A DNA stretch of 64,000 nucleotides from Pseudogymnoascus verrucosus (taxonomy: Eukaryota): the NCBI GenBank assembly GCA_001662655.1, contig KV460277.1. The stretch is one strand, 5' to 3'. Positions 36,331 through 49,686 of the stretch are shown here, in pieces. Below the pieces are notes generated by a model. The model did not search any database. It was not told where the DNA came from and was given only the letters and a program-made list of their open reading frames with translations. The first letter of the stretch is position 1. Every line of letters begins with the position of its first letter. A program made the position numbers and the translations under genes.

Positions 36331-37387
36331 CAACGAGTCTAAGCATCGTCGACCTATTTACCCGGCGGCTATTTACCCTCAACCCTCAATTATGGGCATC
36401 ATGGGTCTCGTTCCACAGAACAGTGGGACGAGGTGGTGTGTGTTGATACTGAGACAAAACGACTATACTATGGTTCTGTTATTCTGTTGTTTCTAATCGG
36501 ATGAATGTCGGTCTTGGAGAGGGGAATTTGATAATGTCACCCTGGCAGCTGTACCCATTGGAGCAGTGCCTTCCGTGGAAGCCGTGCAAGTGCCCGTGCA
36601 AGTGCCTGATCATCATAGCGATTCATACGCAACGATTCGCAAGAATGGATCTATATTCACTCCCCGCGCCATTTGTCCGCTGTCCGCTCATATTTCACCG
36701 TGGCCGAATTAGATTTAGCCATTGAGGACAACACCGACCAAGACAAACCAACCGGGAGTTGGACAATCATACGTACGGGGCAAAAGGACAATTACCCCCG
36801 TATGATTATGGAATAGCGTCGATGATGATTCTAATTTAATTTTCTAGCGGCGATTTTACCTTCTTCAAATATCTTTACCCTTGAGACCTTTTGGCCCTCT
36901 GATCTTTTATAGTTGATATAAGATCCAGCTTATGTCACCATGTGTTTAAGCCCTTAATACTCTTCCCAAATAGTTGCACCTAGATTGTTGATGACATAAT
37001 CACTTACTAATCATCCGATAACGCTAAGATAACACAGTGTGTTTGGTGGGCGCAATGCTTCTCGGTGCGCTGGAAAATGACCGCATAGCCTTAGAGCCTT
37101 GGCGACCTTTCACATGTCGATGATGGATCGTCCCGGCACAGCGCCAACTCCGGTTACAACAGCTCTAACTACACGTCTTCGAATCCCAACAAACTATCAA
37201 CGCGCACGACTATAGCCTCCTGTCGCCAGATGCCAGTGAGAGGATAATGTGAATAAGAGAGAGGCTGCTTTGTTGTTAGGCTTCTATCTGCTGTGATTCA
37301 TAAACGGCCGCGGTAGAATATCATGGGTCGAATTGAAGGGCATTGCTGAGAACAACCCGGCTTGGTTTAACACCTTTGAGTGCAAAT

Positions 37388-39930
37388 ATGGCTGTACAAT
37401 CTACACTGAGGAGCGTGGAGCCTCTCAAACGCCTGCACGCCTATTATACGAAGCTGTTCATCGGAAAATATAAGGCAACCTCCCGCTCTACGCGCCTGCT
37501 GGCAACACTTGCGCTCCTCCTGTCAATTATTGCCAGTGGAGCCGGCGGACGGCGATGGTGGAAGAAGAAGGCCTCTGAGAAGGAGGAAGGTCGACGCTTG
37601 CTACGGAGGAATTCAGGGCTCAAGAACAAAGATGGGTCCAGGACACTTGTCGTACCCTACGGGGACGCGACATCGAAGGTTACAATTCACCCGACGAAGC
37701 CGACGACTTTCGACGCTCATCGCCGGCTATTCCTTAATCCACCGCGCGCCTCTGGAATGGTAGATGGCCAGCCTACACCGCATTTGCAGGCAAAGCCCGG
37801 TCTTAACCTGGCATTTCTTCACCAGTTCCTGAGCCTTTTGAGCATTATGATACCCAGGTGGCGTAGTAAGGAGACGGGCCTCTTGCTAAGCCACGGCGTT
37901 TTCCTACTTCTTCGCACGTACTTGTCTTTGGTTATCGCAAGACTTGATGGAGAAATTGTTCGAGATCTTGTTGCGGGCCACGGAAAGTCTTTTACCTTGG
38001 GCATTATCAAGGTATGTATGACGCGCATGCGCCTACCTCCTTCAAATGGCTTGAAACAATAACTAACAAATCTCAGTGGTGTGGCATTGGAGCGGTAGCC
38101 TCTTATACAAATGCCATGATTAAATTCATGCAATCCAAGGTTTCCATAGCTTTCCGAACACGACTTACAAGATACATCCACGATCTATATTTGAACGACA
38201 ATCTGAACTACTATAAACTCTCCAACTTGGACGGCGGCGTGGGCCAGAGCGCTGATCAATTCATTACCCAAGATCTGACACTATTCTGCACGTCTGCTGC
38301 TAAGCTATACTCCTCATTAGGGAAACCTTTCGTTGATCTATGTGTGTTCAATTACCAACTGTATTGTTCACTTGGACCTCTAGCCTTGAGTGGCCTTCTC
38401 AGCAATTACATATTGACTGCCACAATTCTACGAAAGCTATCACCAAATTTCGGAAAATTGAAGGCCATAGAAGGCCGCAAGGAGGGCGACTTCAGAGGGC
38501 TCCACGCCCGACTTATTGCCAATGCTGAAGAAGTTGCCTTTTACGGAGGAGCTGACATGGAGAAGGCATTCTTAAACAAGGAGTTTGTGTCACTGAAGAA
38601 GTGGATGGAACTCATTTTCACCCTAAAAATCAGGTACAACATTTTGGAAGACTTTGTCTTGAAATATAGTTGGAGCGCTTACGGCTATCTTCTCACGGCC
38701 CTCCCTATCTTCCTCCCATCGTGGGGTGGAATTGGAGGAGCTGCAGAGCTTATCGAATCTACGGTCAAGGGAGGCAGAGAACAAGGGCGAATGAAGGATT
38801 TTATCACCAACAAACGCCTGATGCTCTCGCTTGCCGATGCGGGCGGACGGATGATGTATTCCATTAAGGATCTATCTGAACTCGCAGGGTATACCTCTCG
38901 AGTATACACCTTGATATCAACCCTACACCGAGTCGAGGCGAATGCATATTATCCACAACGTGGGACTAGCGCGGAGTTATACTCCCTTTCGGATGTTCAG
39001 GGTACTACCCAGAAGGGCTATGATGGAGTACGACTGGAAAATGTCCCAGTAGTAGCTCCATCGCTGTTCCCCAATGGAGGCGATGAGCTGGTCGACTCCC
39101 TGTCGATCATCGTGCACTCTGGGGAGCACCTCCTAATCTCCGGTGCAAATGGCGTTGGAAAGAGTTCCATCTCGAGGATCGTAGCTGGGCTATGGCCTGT
39201 ATACAGAGGCCTTGTGAGCAAGCCTCGCAGTGTTGGCACTGATGGGATCATGTTCTTGCCACAGCGCCCTTATCTAAGCGTTGGGACCCTTAGGGACCAA
39301 GTGATATACCCTGATGGGGAGTTCGAAATGAGGGACCGGGGTCGCAGGGATAGTGAGCTCCAGCGTATTCTGGAAGAGGCACATTTGGGATATCTCCCAG
39401 AGCGCGAAGGTGGCTGGGATACTCGCAAGGAGTGGAAAGATGTGCTTAGCGGTGGGGAGAAGCAACGGATGGCGATTGCACGATTGTTGTATCACGAGCC
39501 CCGATACGCCTTTATTGACGAAGGCACCAGCGCTGTCTCGAACGATGTTGAGGGCGTCCTCTACGAGACAGCCAAGGATAAAGGAATCAGTGAGTCTCAC
39601 CGCATGTTTACCATCCTCATTTTACTAACTCGAATAGCTTTGATTACAATCTCGACGAGGGCATCTCTAAAGAAATACCACACGTTCAACCTCACCCTCG
39701 GCCTCGGCGAGAATGGGGATGAATGGGAATATGAGCGCATCGGAACAGAAAAGGAGAAGATGAACGTGGAGAGGGAGCTCCAGGAGCTTAGAGAACACAT
39801 TGGCAAAGTCCAAGAGTGGAAGGACAGGCACGCGGAGATTGAGAAGGAGCTGGCAAAGGTATGGGTTGACGGCGGAGATGTCTTGGAGGCCGCAGAGGTG
39901 GAAGTGGGCACTGAAGAGGGTGGCCAATAA
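37388..39930 (+). CDS. PXA1: Peroxisomal ABCD half-transporter Pxa1
   Basis: EAA-like motif LHARLIANAEEVAFYGG, ITNKRLMLSLADAGGR, Walker A GANGVGKS, signature LSGGEKQR, Walker B AFIDEGTSA. Probable in-frame intron at ~39590-39637. Confidence 0.92.
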
Positions 39931-40155
39931 TATGTAGTACGATAAATAAGAGCACATTAAAATCATTGTATTGACATGAGACGCGTTTGATAAGCAAAGG
40001 CTATAATATCTATTCCTGAAACCCTGCGATGCATTTGTCGCAAACCCAACCATATCGACCGACCAGTCCGTTTCCCCCCTAAACGCCATCCAATTCGCAA
40101 TATTACCACACCACTACGTGCAGTAAAGGGTATCATATCAGGAAGTAGTAATCGT

Positions 40156-41506
40156 CTACTGCTCAAGATGAGACCATTCCGGTATCGCCTTGATCTGCTG
40201 CCACATAAACTTCTCCAGTTTGTTGGCCGACTTCGCATACGGCGTCGTCTCGTTATTGTACTTCCGGCAGTTATCAAACACTAACTTCGCATCCTTGATG
40301 AAATCTTCCGGGGTGGCATAGTTGTCTGCTTCCAACTTTGTTTCCATGGTGGAGAGGTCCATGGGCTCCTTGATGACCTCGTAGTAGTCCGCCACATCCT
40401 CTCGGCTGACAGGGTGCAAGAACGGCCATGCAGACGCGTGGTTTTGCATGTCGTTAAGCAGATGCAGTAATTGGCTATAGTTGGGGCCGTGGCGCGGTTG
40501 CCGGGCAAGTTCATCCATATCAGCTGACCAGCCAGACGCCCGGATGGCTTCGATTTGCATTGGGTCGATCTTGCACGGTCCATTCTTCCATTGTTTGGGC
40601 GGCGGATGGACCTTGTGGGATTTGCTGAATGCGCGGATCTTGGCGTGCACTGCTTCCTTCTGCTTCAACAGCATGCGACCCATCTCCAAGTATCGGATTT
40701 TGGGCAGCATTGTGCACTGCATGATCGTTCCTCCTTCATAATCTTTGATGTATCCCATCCACCGAGGCTTCTCGAGAGTGATTTCCTTGGTGAAGCCTTG
40801 CTTTTTGAAGTAGCCAATAGCGTAGTTGTCAGCATACGTCAGAAAATGCATAACGTCCGAGGTAGCTTTGACATAGTCCTTTAGATGTGACATGAGATGC
40901 GCGCCGTAGCCCTTGACTTGCTGGTCCGATGAAATCGCGCAGAAGACGATTTCAGCAAATTGTCTTCCCTTGAACGGTCGGTATGTGATCCCCCCAACAA
41001 CTTCCAATGGTTTCTTCACTATCGCGATAGACAAGTGCGTTCGATCGTACACCAGCCGTGCGATATAGTCTTTGGGCATCTTGGGGAGTTGCTTTTGGAA
41101 GATACATTTGAGGCCGGTGAGAATTATCAGGCTTTCGCGCTGGTTGTCGTTATTGACGACTCGGAACTCAATTTCGCCATTTCGCTCTTCAATCACTGCA
41201 GGCTTCAGGATGTTAGCTTCGGGGTCCTGCGCATATACGGCACGGTGGCAAGCATGTTCCACTCGGGTCGTCCATTGTCCTGATGGGGGGTATGTAAGCT
41301 CACCTTCTCGGGGAAGGGCACTGGATGCGCTGGCAGTGCCTGTATCTTCTTTGGCTCTGGAGAATCACTGTGCGAGCTCTTCACTCTCTTGTTCGCCGAC
41401 GGGGTTGTGGGGTCGTCAACGGCTTTCCGCTTGGAATCTGAGGTACACATCGTTAACTTGTGGGTGCTTGATAGGATTAGAGTAAATACTGACTGTCATC
41501 TTTCAT
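40156..41506 (-). CDS. GCN5: Histone acetyltransferase Gcn5
   Basis: [47 protein letters not shown], bromodomain AWPF...PMDL...NCRKYN. Confidence 0.97.
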
Positions 41507-41875
41507 AGGCCCCATTGCGAAAGTGCGACAATGTTGATACTCATGCCACAAAGGAACTTGTAACTTGTTGTCTTTGATATTGCCGTCGTCGCGACTGTTA
41601 TCGCCGGTTGGTCCTGGTCGTGACGAGGCCGATGCGGTTCTGCCGCTAAATTCAAAATAGACAAGCGTGAGTAGGTACATGGTGATTGTACTATACCCAC
41701 TGTAAAGTAGTACATGTGTCTTCGGAGCTTCACATCAACGTCGCATACCCTTCATCAGCCAGGCTTTCGAATGCACCTGTCGATTTAATTCTACAGCCCT
41801 TCTTTGGACTGCTCCTACGAAGGCCAATCTCAAATTCAACCCAACAAGCTTCAATCCCTTATCGGCAAACCTCAT

Positions 41876-42170
41876 ATGCCTCAATCATCGCTTCGTGAGG
41901 TCTGGGAAGGTGCTGTAGGCAATCAGTTTGCCCCGTCAATCAGCAAGGACAGCCAGTTCTCACTCGGTTTCTCGTTGCTTGCTTTGGGCATATTACTAAG
42001 TGGATACTTTGGTTTGAGTAGGGATTTCCAATACACCCAGAATTCACTCATTTACTCATCCATTCTTAGATCGCTCAGTCACAAACCTCCCACTTGTCGG
42101 CGTCCCGGCCGCCCTCGCAATCGGCTTCGGTGCAGTGTATATGATCTGTGCAGTTGGCGTCTACGTTTAG
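41876..42170 (+). CDS. OST5: Oligosaccharyltransferase small subunit Ost5/TMEM258-like; 2 exons
   Basis: MPQSSLREVW...FSLGFSLLALGILLSGYFGL|RSVTNLPLVGVPAALAIGFGAVYMICAVGVYV*. Two TM helices and the family-typical GVYV end. Confidence 0.8.
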
Positions 42171-42450
42171 ATTCGCTTGCTGTTGCCATTGGGTGGGAAG
42201 AGCGTGAATAAGGAAGGCCAGAGCCGACTGCGATTCATCGTGCTCAAGAATTTATCAATTGGCTTGCGAAGTGAACGCGCAAGAGACAAAGTCATCGAAG
42301 ATACCCCCGCCGATCCCTCGTCTGTGTATAATAGCATGCCCTCCACGACTTAAGGGCATTTGAAGAGAATATCTGTGGGCAGTGTATGATTAGCGAATCA
42401 AGATACCTCTTTTGACTCCTTCGCGGCTTTCCGTGGTATGAGAATTCACC

Positions 42451-43514
42451 ATGTCAGCCATAATAGAGACCGACGACCCTGTCCCAATATTCAACGCAGT
42501 ATCTACATCTGTTAGACAACTCTGCCAACTTCTTAATTGTATTCGCTTTGCGCCAAAGGTGCAAATTCATATCTCCCCTGAAGGGATTCAATTTGCCGTG
42601 GAGGAGGGCCGCGTCATGCAAGGTATGCACAGCACTGGAGTATGCTCAGTTGGTCTATACTTACGATTTCAGCAACCGCATTTCTTGATAAAGCTCTCTT
42701 TACGTCCTTTACATATAACCCCCCTACATCCGACGACAATGATACGGCCGAACCCCCATCGTTCCAAGTATCTTTGACAGCACTGCTCGAGACTCTTCAG
42801 ATTTTCGGTGCCTCCGAGGCTTCGTCTCGTTTCTCCAAGCCGGAGTCTGACGAGTATGCCACCAGTATCCGCCCACACAGAATCACCGCCTTCAGCAACC
42901 AGACTCTTGGTATGACTGGAGTCTGTCGCTTTTCTTACCTTGGCGTTGGCGAACCATTCCGTGTCATACTTGAGGAATGCGGCGTGACTACTACGTGCAA
43001 TCTGAACTCCTACGAGCCAGAGAATGCAGATGAAATCCCATTTAACAAGCAAGAGTTAGAAGTAAAGATCATCATGCAAGCTCAATTTCTCTACGACGCG
43101 TTTCTAGAGATTGCCTCAATGACAGCTACGTCTGCAACCTCCTCCAACCGACTGAAGGTTGTCGCTTCGCCGAACTCGCCGTTCTTCTCACTATCAGCTA
43201 CTGGCTCGTTAGGCAGCACGACTGTGGAGTTCAGCAAGAGCAGGGACTTGCTCGAGACATTCTCGGTCAGCCGGAATTGGACGCAGTATTACAGGTTCGA
43301 GATGGTCAAAGCAGCTGTGGAGGCCATGAAGCTAGCAAGCAAGGTCAGCTTCCGCGGCGACAGCCAGGGAGTCCTATCATTGCAATTTATGATTGAGGTG
43401 GAAGGAGGCGGGATAAGCTTTATTGATTTTAGATTCGTGCCCTTTATTAGCGGGGATGAGGATGATACTGAAAGCGAGGAGGATAATTATGATGATAATG
43501 GGGAGGAAGTTTAG
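42451..43514 (+). CDS. rad1: 9-1-1 checkpoint clamp subunit Rad1 (S. cerevisiae Rad17)
   Basis: GIQFAVEEGRVMQ|ATAFLDKALF, FQVSLTALLETLQIFG, AMKLASKVSFRGDSQGVLSLQFMIE...FIDFRFVP. Confidence 0.9.
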
Positions 43515-43895
43515 GGTGTAGCCGTCTCACGATTATGTGGCTATATGATATCTCGTGTCCTTTGAGTAACGGGGTAAGGCTGGTCAGAGGAACAACGATA
43601 TAGCTCTAATTACCTTAAATGATGCTGAATTACCATTCTAGCATATATTTGGCGTTTCTCTGGCACCTGTCGTTTATCACATAAAAAAACACTTTCCTAG
43701 TCCATGTCTTTGCATTTATTTGAGTGGTTTTTATTACTTCGGCAAATAAAATATTAATGTATAAATATTTAAACATGGGAGCGTGAATAAAACACGTCCT
43801 AATATATATATGGAGTCGATTAAAATGTCGAGCATCTAAAGAGTCAGCCCATAAATGTTAACCATCTACAATAATATACCACCCGACTAATAGCA

Positions 43896-44867
43896 ATGGT
43901 ACTATACTCCCGCGATAGACCGACGTGGACGCTCGCCGCCACAGCATGTGAGAAGGACGACACAACGCTTGTGGACCAGGCTTTCTCAAAGGCCTCTCAG
44001 CTTGACGGTATCAGCGAAGTCGAGCTGCTTCATGAGTTTTGCGCACTCGCAGTCGAAAAGAATGCGACAAATGCCCTGACGCATCTTATCAAACAAGGTG
44101 CAAATGTAAAGGCGTTAAAGTCAAGAGAAGTCGCATGGCGTAGCCCAAGGACAAAACCAATCCTCGAGATCCTGTTCGCACACGGCTGGGACATTAATGC
44201 GCGCAATGATTTGGGACATAGCTTCTCGGATCCCGAACCCTTTATGTGGAGTGTTGTCAAAGATATCGACCTGGTTACCTGGTGTCTAGAGCATGGTGCG
44301 AGCGTGTTTCCAAGAGATCAGGAGCCACTACGGGACGATATAATCACTATGTCCCATCGCAAATGCCAACAGGTACTCGAAAAGGCCGCACAGTCAGCCA
44401 CTGTAGCGACGTTTGAGCTCCTGCGCTCCAAAGGGGCTCCCTTGGGTTGGCGTCCGCTGCATTTCGCCATCGAAACTACTACTCATTATCAGGCCGACCG
44501 CGGAGAAGAAGCCAACCGCGGCGAAGAAGAAGATAAAAAGGCAAAAGAAAGCGCACGGAACTATGAGGAGCGTATGGCTATGGTGCGCCACCTTGTTGAC
44601 GTGGTCGGAATCGACGTGAATGCTCCTGATCAACCACCGGGAAGAGAGCTGGGTGGTTTTTGGGGAACACCGATCTGTTATATTGCTAAATCCTATGGGT
44701 TGGACACAGACACGCGCGAGCTGGCCTGGTTTCTGCTGGATCGAGGCGCGGATCCAACCCCCGCTCTTGACATTGCGAAATCCACTGAGCACGTCAAATT
44801 CATAGCTGACGTCGAGGCATGGAGGGCAAAGCAGCCCGATCGCCGCAAGTGTTGTGCTCTACAGTAG
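43896..44867 (+). CDS. Intronless degenerate ankyrin-repeat protein ending in RRKCCALQ
   Basis: HLIKQGANVKA, EILFAHGWDINA, WCLEHGASV, PLHFAI, GIDVNAPD, WFLLDRGADP. Confidence 0.75.
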   Translation: MVLYSRDRPTWTLAATACEKDDTTLVDQAFSKASQLDGISEVELLHEFCALAVEKNATNALTHLIKQGANVKALKSREVAWRSPRTKPILEILFAHGWDINARNDLGHSFSDPEPFMWSVVKDIDLVTWCLEHGASVFPRDQEPLRDDIITMSHRKCQQVLEKAAQSATVATFELLRSKGAPLGWRPLHFAIETTTHYQADRGEEANRGEEEDKKAKESARNYEERMAMVRHLVDVVGIDVNAPDQPPGRELGGFWGTPICYIAKSYGLDTDTRELAWFLLDRGADPTPALDIAKSTEHVKFIADVEAWRAKQPDRRKCCALQ

Positions 44868-45264
44868 GCAAAGTGGGTTGAATACCTGTGGCTGTCTTGT
44901 TCCCCATTACTGAACAGGTCGTTTGTTGTATAGAGTAACGCTCCTGTGCAAACCTCACGTATAAACCCGGGAAGTCAGTGGTAAAATCTATTATTTAAAT
45001 ATCATTGCGCTGTAGCTAAACTTTGTAGCCCTCAATAACCATCTATTCTGGCGGACGCCTAACCCATAACCCATTTATATAGTGCGCTGCTCAACATTAT
45101 TGACCAGCAAACTGTTGCAACGAAAAATGAAATGCCATAGTGCAAGTGCACGTAAAACGCTAGTTCTGAGCATTTCCATGCAATCAAAGCAACGCCCAAC
45201 TCCATATTTAAACCGCCGGTGCAAACCCACAATATGACGCCAATCACTGAACTCTCTGACAACC

Positions 45265-46260
45265 TCAACGCTGAAATGAATTTGGTGGCCGCGACGAACT
45301 CTGGCCAAAGACTCGATCACCTGGAGCCCGGTTTGTCGTGGAATGTGTGGGACGTGAACCAGTCAGACTCATACGTGGAAGAGAACGCATCGAGTTTAGG
45401 ACCTGCGCAGACCCATTTCCAACAGGCGATGTAGCACTTGGGCTACTGATTCTGTCCGCGCTGGCCGCTGATGTAGAGGCCTCTTGGCGAGGGGTGGAAG
45501 ATACAGAGCCGTTTCGAAGCCCATTGCCTTGCAGTATAGCATTGATGATACTCGGGGGCAATCTTGTATATACCGACGCCTGGCTGGGTGCCACGTTGCT
45601 CAAGGGAAGGCTTTGGCCAGGCAATACGGATACTCCCCCCGCTTCCGCTGCCTCCTTCAGCCACTGCTCGTATTCCTCGTCGCTGAATCCTGCTCGTAGA
45701 CGCCGATTAAGCTCCACGCCTACGCTTTCAACCTCAGCATCGCTCTCCTCACCATCCTCGTCCATCTGGTCCGGGTCATCTGAGCCTTCGTTCTCCTCGG
45801 CCTCGTCAAACTCGTAGAATACGGCTTCTCGCTCCGGCAGTGACGACATCTCAGGGCGAGTATCGGTTGGGTCAACCCAATCTTGAATGCAATCGCCCGT
45901 TGTGTCCCTAATCTTGATATTCTGCTCCTTCTCGAACCGCTCCTTTGCCCATCTCGTCCCTTCCCAGTGTGTTAACCCAGCAATCTCCGATTCCGTCAGT
46001 TTGAGAGTATCGAAAGCCCGGAAGAGCCGCCTGTGCCATGTGAAGCGGGAAAGGCGCATTCGATGGGGTGGATATGAGTAGTCGAGGCCGGGATACTGGG
46101 CTTCTCGGGTGTCAAGGGAGCCATAGAAGCAAGCCGTTTCTTGTCGTACCTCGGTGAGGAGGTGTCGTTCCAGAAATTTGGCCCAATTCTGAGGATCTGT
46201 CGGCTTTGGGTGAGGGAACATGTGCTCGTAAACGAGTTCGTCGATAGCTCGTCGCTTCAT
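45265..46260 (-). CDS. Conserved fungal hypothetical protein
   Basis: Long ORF with an ordered N-terminus (EAQYPGLDYSYPPHRMRLSRFTWHRRLFRAFD...WEGTRWAKERFE) and an acidic, low-complexity tail. Confidence 0.7.
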   Translation of the reverse strand: MKRRAIDELVYEHMFPHPKPTDPQNWAKFLERHLLTEVRQETACFYGSLDTREAQYPGLDYSYPPHRMRLSRFTWHRRLFRAFDTLKLTESEIAGLTHWEGTRWAKERFEKEQNIKIRDTTGDCIQDWVDPTDTRPEMSSLPEREAVFYEFDEAEENEGSDDPDQMDEDGEESDAEVESVGVELNRRLRAGFSDEEYEQWLKEAAEAGGVSVLPGQSLPLSNVAPSQASVYTRLPPSIINAILQGNGLRNGSVSSTPRQEASTSAASADRISSPSATSPVGNGSAQVLNSMRSLPRMSLTGSRPTHSTTNRAPGDRVFGQSSSRPPNSFQR

Positions 46261-47324
46261 CTTGGCTGGTACGTGCGATATCGATAGTGATGGTGAGTGA
46301 TAACTGATAGGCTGTAACAACTGGTGAATCCCGTCTGATAACCGTATCGCGATGTCGATGAGCGTTTCACTTTGTAAAAGGTCGTCGGTTGTGGCACGAC
46401 ACCTTGCCGGTGCAGTCCTTCCAGCGCAGTCCTCAAACTTGGGGGAATATCGCAGCCCAACCGCCTAACTGATTATTACATGCAAGCACAGGTAGTAATT
46501 TTACTACCAGTTCGCGAACGCAGATTTGCAGGATCCCCGTTGGAATGCTCTTTCAGCGCCAAGTGCAGGAGATGCCACCAACGATAGGAACCGGATCCGG
46601 ATTAGATGCTCTCTTAAGGCCCGAAATTGTTTGGGCCAAGTGTGTTTCCGAATGTCCTGTGTTGTGCAAAACTGGAAATGAGTGTATCGGACTGGGAGGT
46701 TGCAGTAGAAGAGGAATAAGTTCGAGGGCGTTTCAGGGTTTTTGTGGCTGTGAGGTCAAAGGACGGTGAGTGAACCGCAAGTCTTTCGCGCCGAGAGGGT
46801 GTTTGGCTGTTTGGCTACTCCGGTTGCTCCACGTAAAAGGATGGAGTGGCCGAGTACATTCGAGTACCTTGTGGTATGCGGTTATACAGCGGTGTACTTG
46901 TACATAAATGGGTCATAAGTGGTGTAGTATATATGTACAGTTGCGTAAGAGCCTTAGTGGAGCATTAGGCAAGAGTGACCTACAGCAACCAAGGCCCGAA
47001 ATTTATAATCTCCGCTGTTACTATTGGCCGGTCCCTACACGTCGGGCGACTTTTTTTCCCAATTGAGAAGCTGCCTGGTAGTCGAAGCATGTGTGAAATG
47101 AGAAAAAAGAAGCTACGTTGCTATAATCGAAAACCAGAGCACCGTGGTGGCCCAGACAACATATGCTGAGTCGTATGGTGGTTGGAAGGAGCTTGTGGTG
47201 CTGATAATAATCATGGAGTCTCACTGCCGAGCATAATTTATCACTACGAAAGCTAAGAGGACCAACAAGACGTCCGTGAATATATGTGCGACTAACGACT
47301 AACGACTAACAACTAAGACTACAG

Positions 47325-48559
47325 CTATTTGGAAGTGTTCTTCTCCACCACCCCTCTTGCAAACTCACCGAAGTTAATCCCTTTCTCGGTGTCCACCAAC
47401 TCGTCGAGGCTGGGCTGCGTAAAGACAGCAAGTGTGTTCCGAGCTATGTCACCATCTCCTACTTTCGGGGCGACACCCTTCACAAAATGAGGCACAGCCC
47501 TAAACTTCCCTTTCGTGATCTTTTCCAGCGCCTCGCCAGTCTGGAAAGCAATGCAGTCCCGGGGGATCTTAACTTGCACTGTCTCACCATTTCGAGACTG
47601 GATATATAGTCCCGCTTGTGGGTCTGGTGAACTTGGCAGCTCCGGCAGTGCTGGGAGATGAGTATCAGTTGCGTTATGACCTTGAATCAACGCCCTCGTG
47701 GCTGTTTCGTCCACGAACATAGCGCTGGTAAGGCCGGTAAGACATCCATGGTCAACATGTGTAGCACACCAGTCATCGTCAAGAACAGCACCCTGGGCCC
47801 CGTCAGAGGCGACGGGAGGAGATGGGTAATAGTGCAACAGTCGGGCCTTCGTCGTAGTTGAGGTTCGAACGACGTGCTCCAAATACCCCTTCGTATAACC
47901 GTCTATTTTCTGCTCCGCATACTGGTCACATGCACGTGCGACCAGAACTGCGGTATCGATTATCACTCGACAAAGCTCTTCAAATGTCGGGCGAAATCCA
48001 GGGAGAACACCCTCAGATGGCCAGACATTTGGGCTCAGGTATTCGGGGAAATTCTCCAAGGAGAATTCGGCAGTGCTCTCCGCACATTCCAGCTCTGGGT
48101 TCATATAAAAAGCGCAGTTGGCATAATATGACCCCTTCAACGTGTCGACCTGGCCGTTTTTTAACGTCTCCTTGCCCAAAGACCACCCGGTAAGGTACTT
48201 GGCAGTTGCATCTTCTAGCTGCTCTATGCACGAGTTAGTTCTTCTGTAGGCAGCAATATGAAACTTGCACTCTACCTAGAATTTGGGGAGGGAGGTTGCC
48301 CAGATAAGTCGAATAGGACAATAGTCGTTGACGTAGTTCAACAAAAGCAGGGTCTACATCTTTGACAAGAATTATTCCGAGTGACTCTGGACCAAAGGCA
48401 GCTTCTAATGTAGAGAAAGGCACAGTTCCTAAATCCCAATAACGTGTCAGCCTTCATCCCTTTATCTACAGCAGGTGGAGGCATTTCCCATGACCACATG
48501 ACCATACACGTACCATTTTTGAGGGCCTCAAGGCTAACAGTCACCGCAGCATGCGCCAT
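47325..48559 (-). CDS. 2-oxoglutarate/Fe(II) oxygenase (IPNS/clavaminate synthase-like)
   Basis: EAAFGPESLGIILV, GWSLGKETL, KARLLHYY, WCATHVDHGCLTGL (HxD), FQTGEAL, AVPHFV, RNTLAVFTQP. Confidence 0.85.
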
Positions 48560-48816
48560 TGCTTGAAAATAGAAATAATATAGTCCTTAAATCAAATATT
48601 ATAATACACAAAAGTGCAATATATTGGGAAGCCAGTTTTATAGTCCTCTCTCAAATCGCGGAATTCACCGCATTCCAGTCCAAGAGGGGCAGGTAGCTGT
48701 TGGAGGAGGGTTAGCGGCGCTAGTCTTGACCCCGCATTCGTTCTTCATACTACAACTAAAGCTGTTCTAGACTGCGGTCACTCAGTGACCAACCCCACAC
48801 CAGGAACAACATCAAC

Positions 48817-49686
48817 ATGGTAAAAGCCTTATCATTCAAGGGTGACCCAAAGACCAAGAAGCGCAAACGCGTCGATACAGCCGCCAAGTTCGGCGAGCCA
48901 TCCACGGAGCTCACAACCGATGCGGCAGGTCCTGTGGAGGAGCAGGCATCAGATGATAGCTGGGTTAGCGCCGAAGCTACCACAGACATTGAAGGGCCGA
49001 TTGTCTTTGTCTTGCCCTCAGAACCTCCTACATGCATAGCATGCGATACCAATGGCCAGGTGTTTGCCAGTCCGTTGGAGAATATTATAGATGGTGATCC
49101 AAGCACCGCCGAACCGCATGACGTGAGGCAAGTATGGGTTGCCAACCGCGTCGCTGGCACGGAGAACTTCAGCTTCAAGGGGCATCATGGAAGGTACGTC
49201 TTGCCTGTCAATACTAGTAAATAGCTTCATGTTACTGACTGCTATAAACACAGATATCTCAGCTGCGACAAGCTTGGCATACTCACTGCCCAAACCGAAG
49301 CTGTCTCGCCCCTTGAATCCTTTCTCGCATTTCCTACCGCTTCAACACCCGAGACATTCCAAATCCAGAACTTACGTGACCTATATATCACAATAGCTGC
49401 TCCAGCCAAGAACTCAGCAGTCCCCCAGCTGCGCGGTGATGCGGCCGATGTGAGCTTCAACACCACCCTGAGGATACGCATGCAGGCCCGTTTCAAGCCA
49501 AAGTTGAAGAGAGGCAAGGAAGACAAGGCCAAGGAGAAGATCAGCCGAAAGGAACTGGAGGAAGCCGTGGGGAGGAAGCTTGAGGATGATGAGGTTCGAA
49601 AGCTCAAGAGGGCGAGGAGAGAAGGCAATTACCACGAGGCATTGCTTGACGTGAAGGTGAAAAGCAAGCACGATAAGTACAGCTGA
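48817..49686 (+). CDS. FRG1: FRG1-like protein; 2 exons
   Basis: MVKALSFKGD-KKRKR, EPHDVRQVWVA, FKGHHGR|YLSCDKLG, LKRARREGNYHEALLDVKVKSKHDKY. Confidence 0.88.

Noticed and set aside
9542..41506. Apparent chromatin gene cluster (clr2, SRA protein, GCN5) near the RIP'd block
   Set aside because: The genes are spread over 30 kb among unrelated housekeeping genes, with no evidence of co-regulation.
47289..47320. (CGACTAA)n run resembling tandem branch points
   Set aside because: It is on the non-coding strand of a 3'UTR, and a simple microsatellite explains it.
47319..47335. 2OG oxygenase ends ...SK-TAG-CTG-TAG, suggesting a cryptic SKL peroxisomal signal via readthrough
   Set aside because: Readthrough would give K-X-L as the last three residues, not SKL, so no canonical PTS1 forms.
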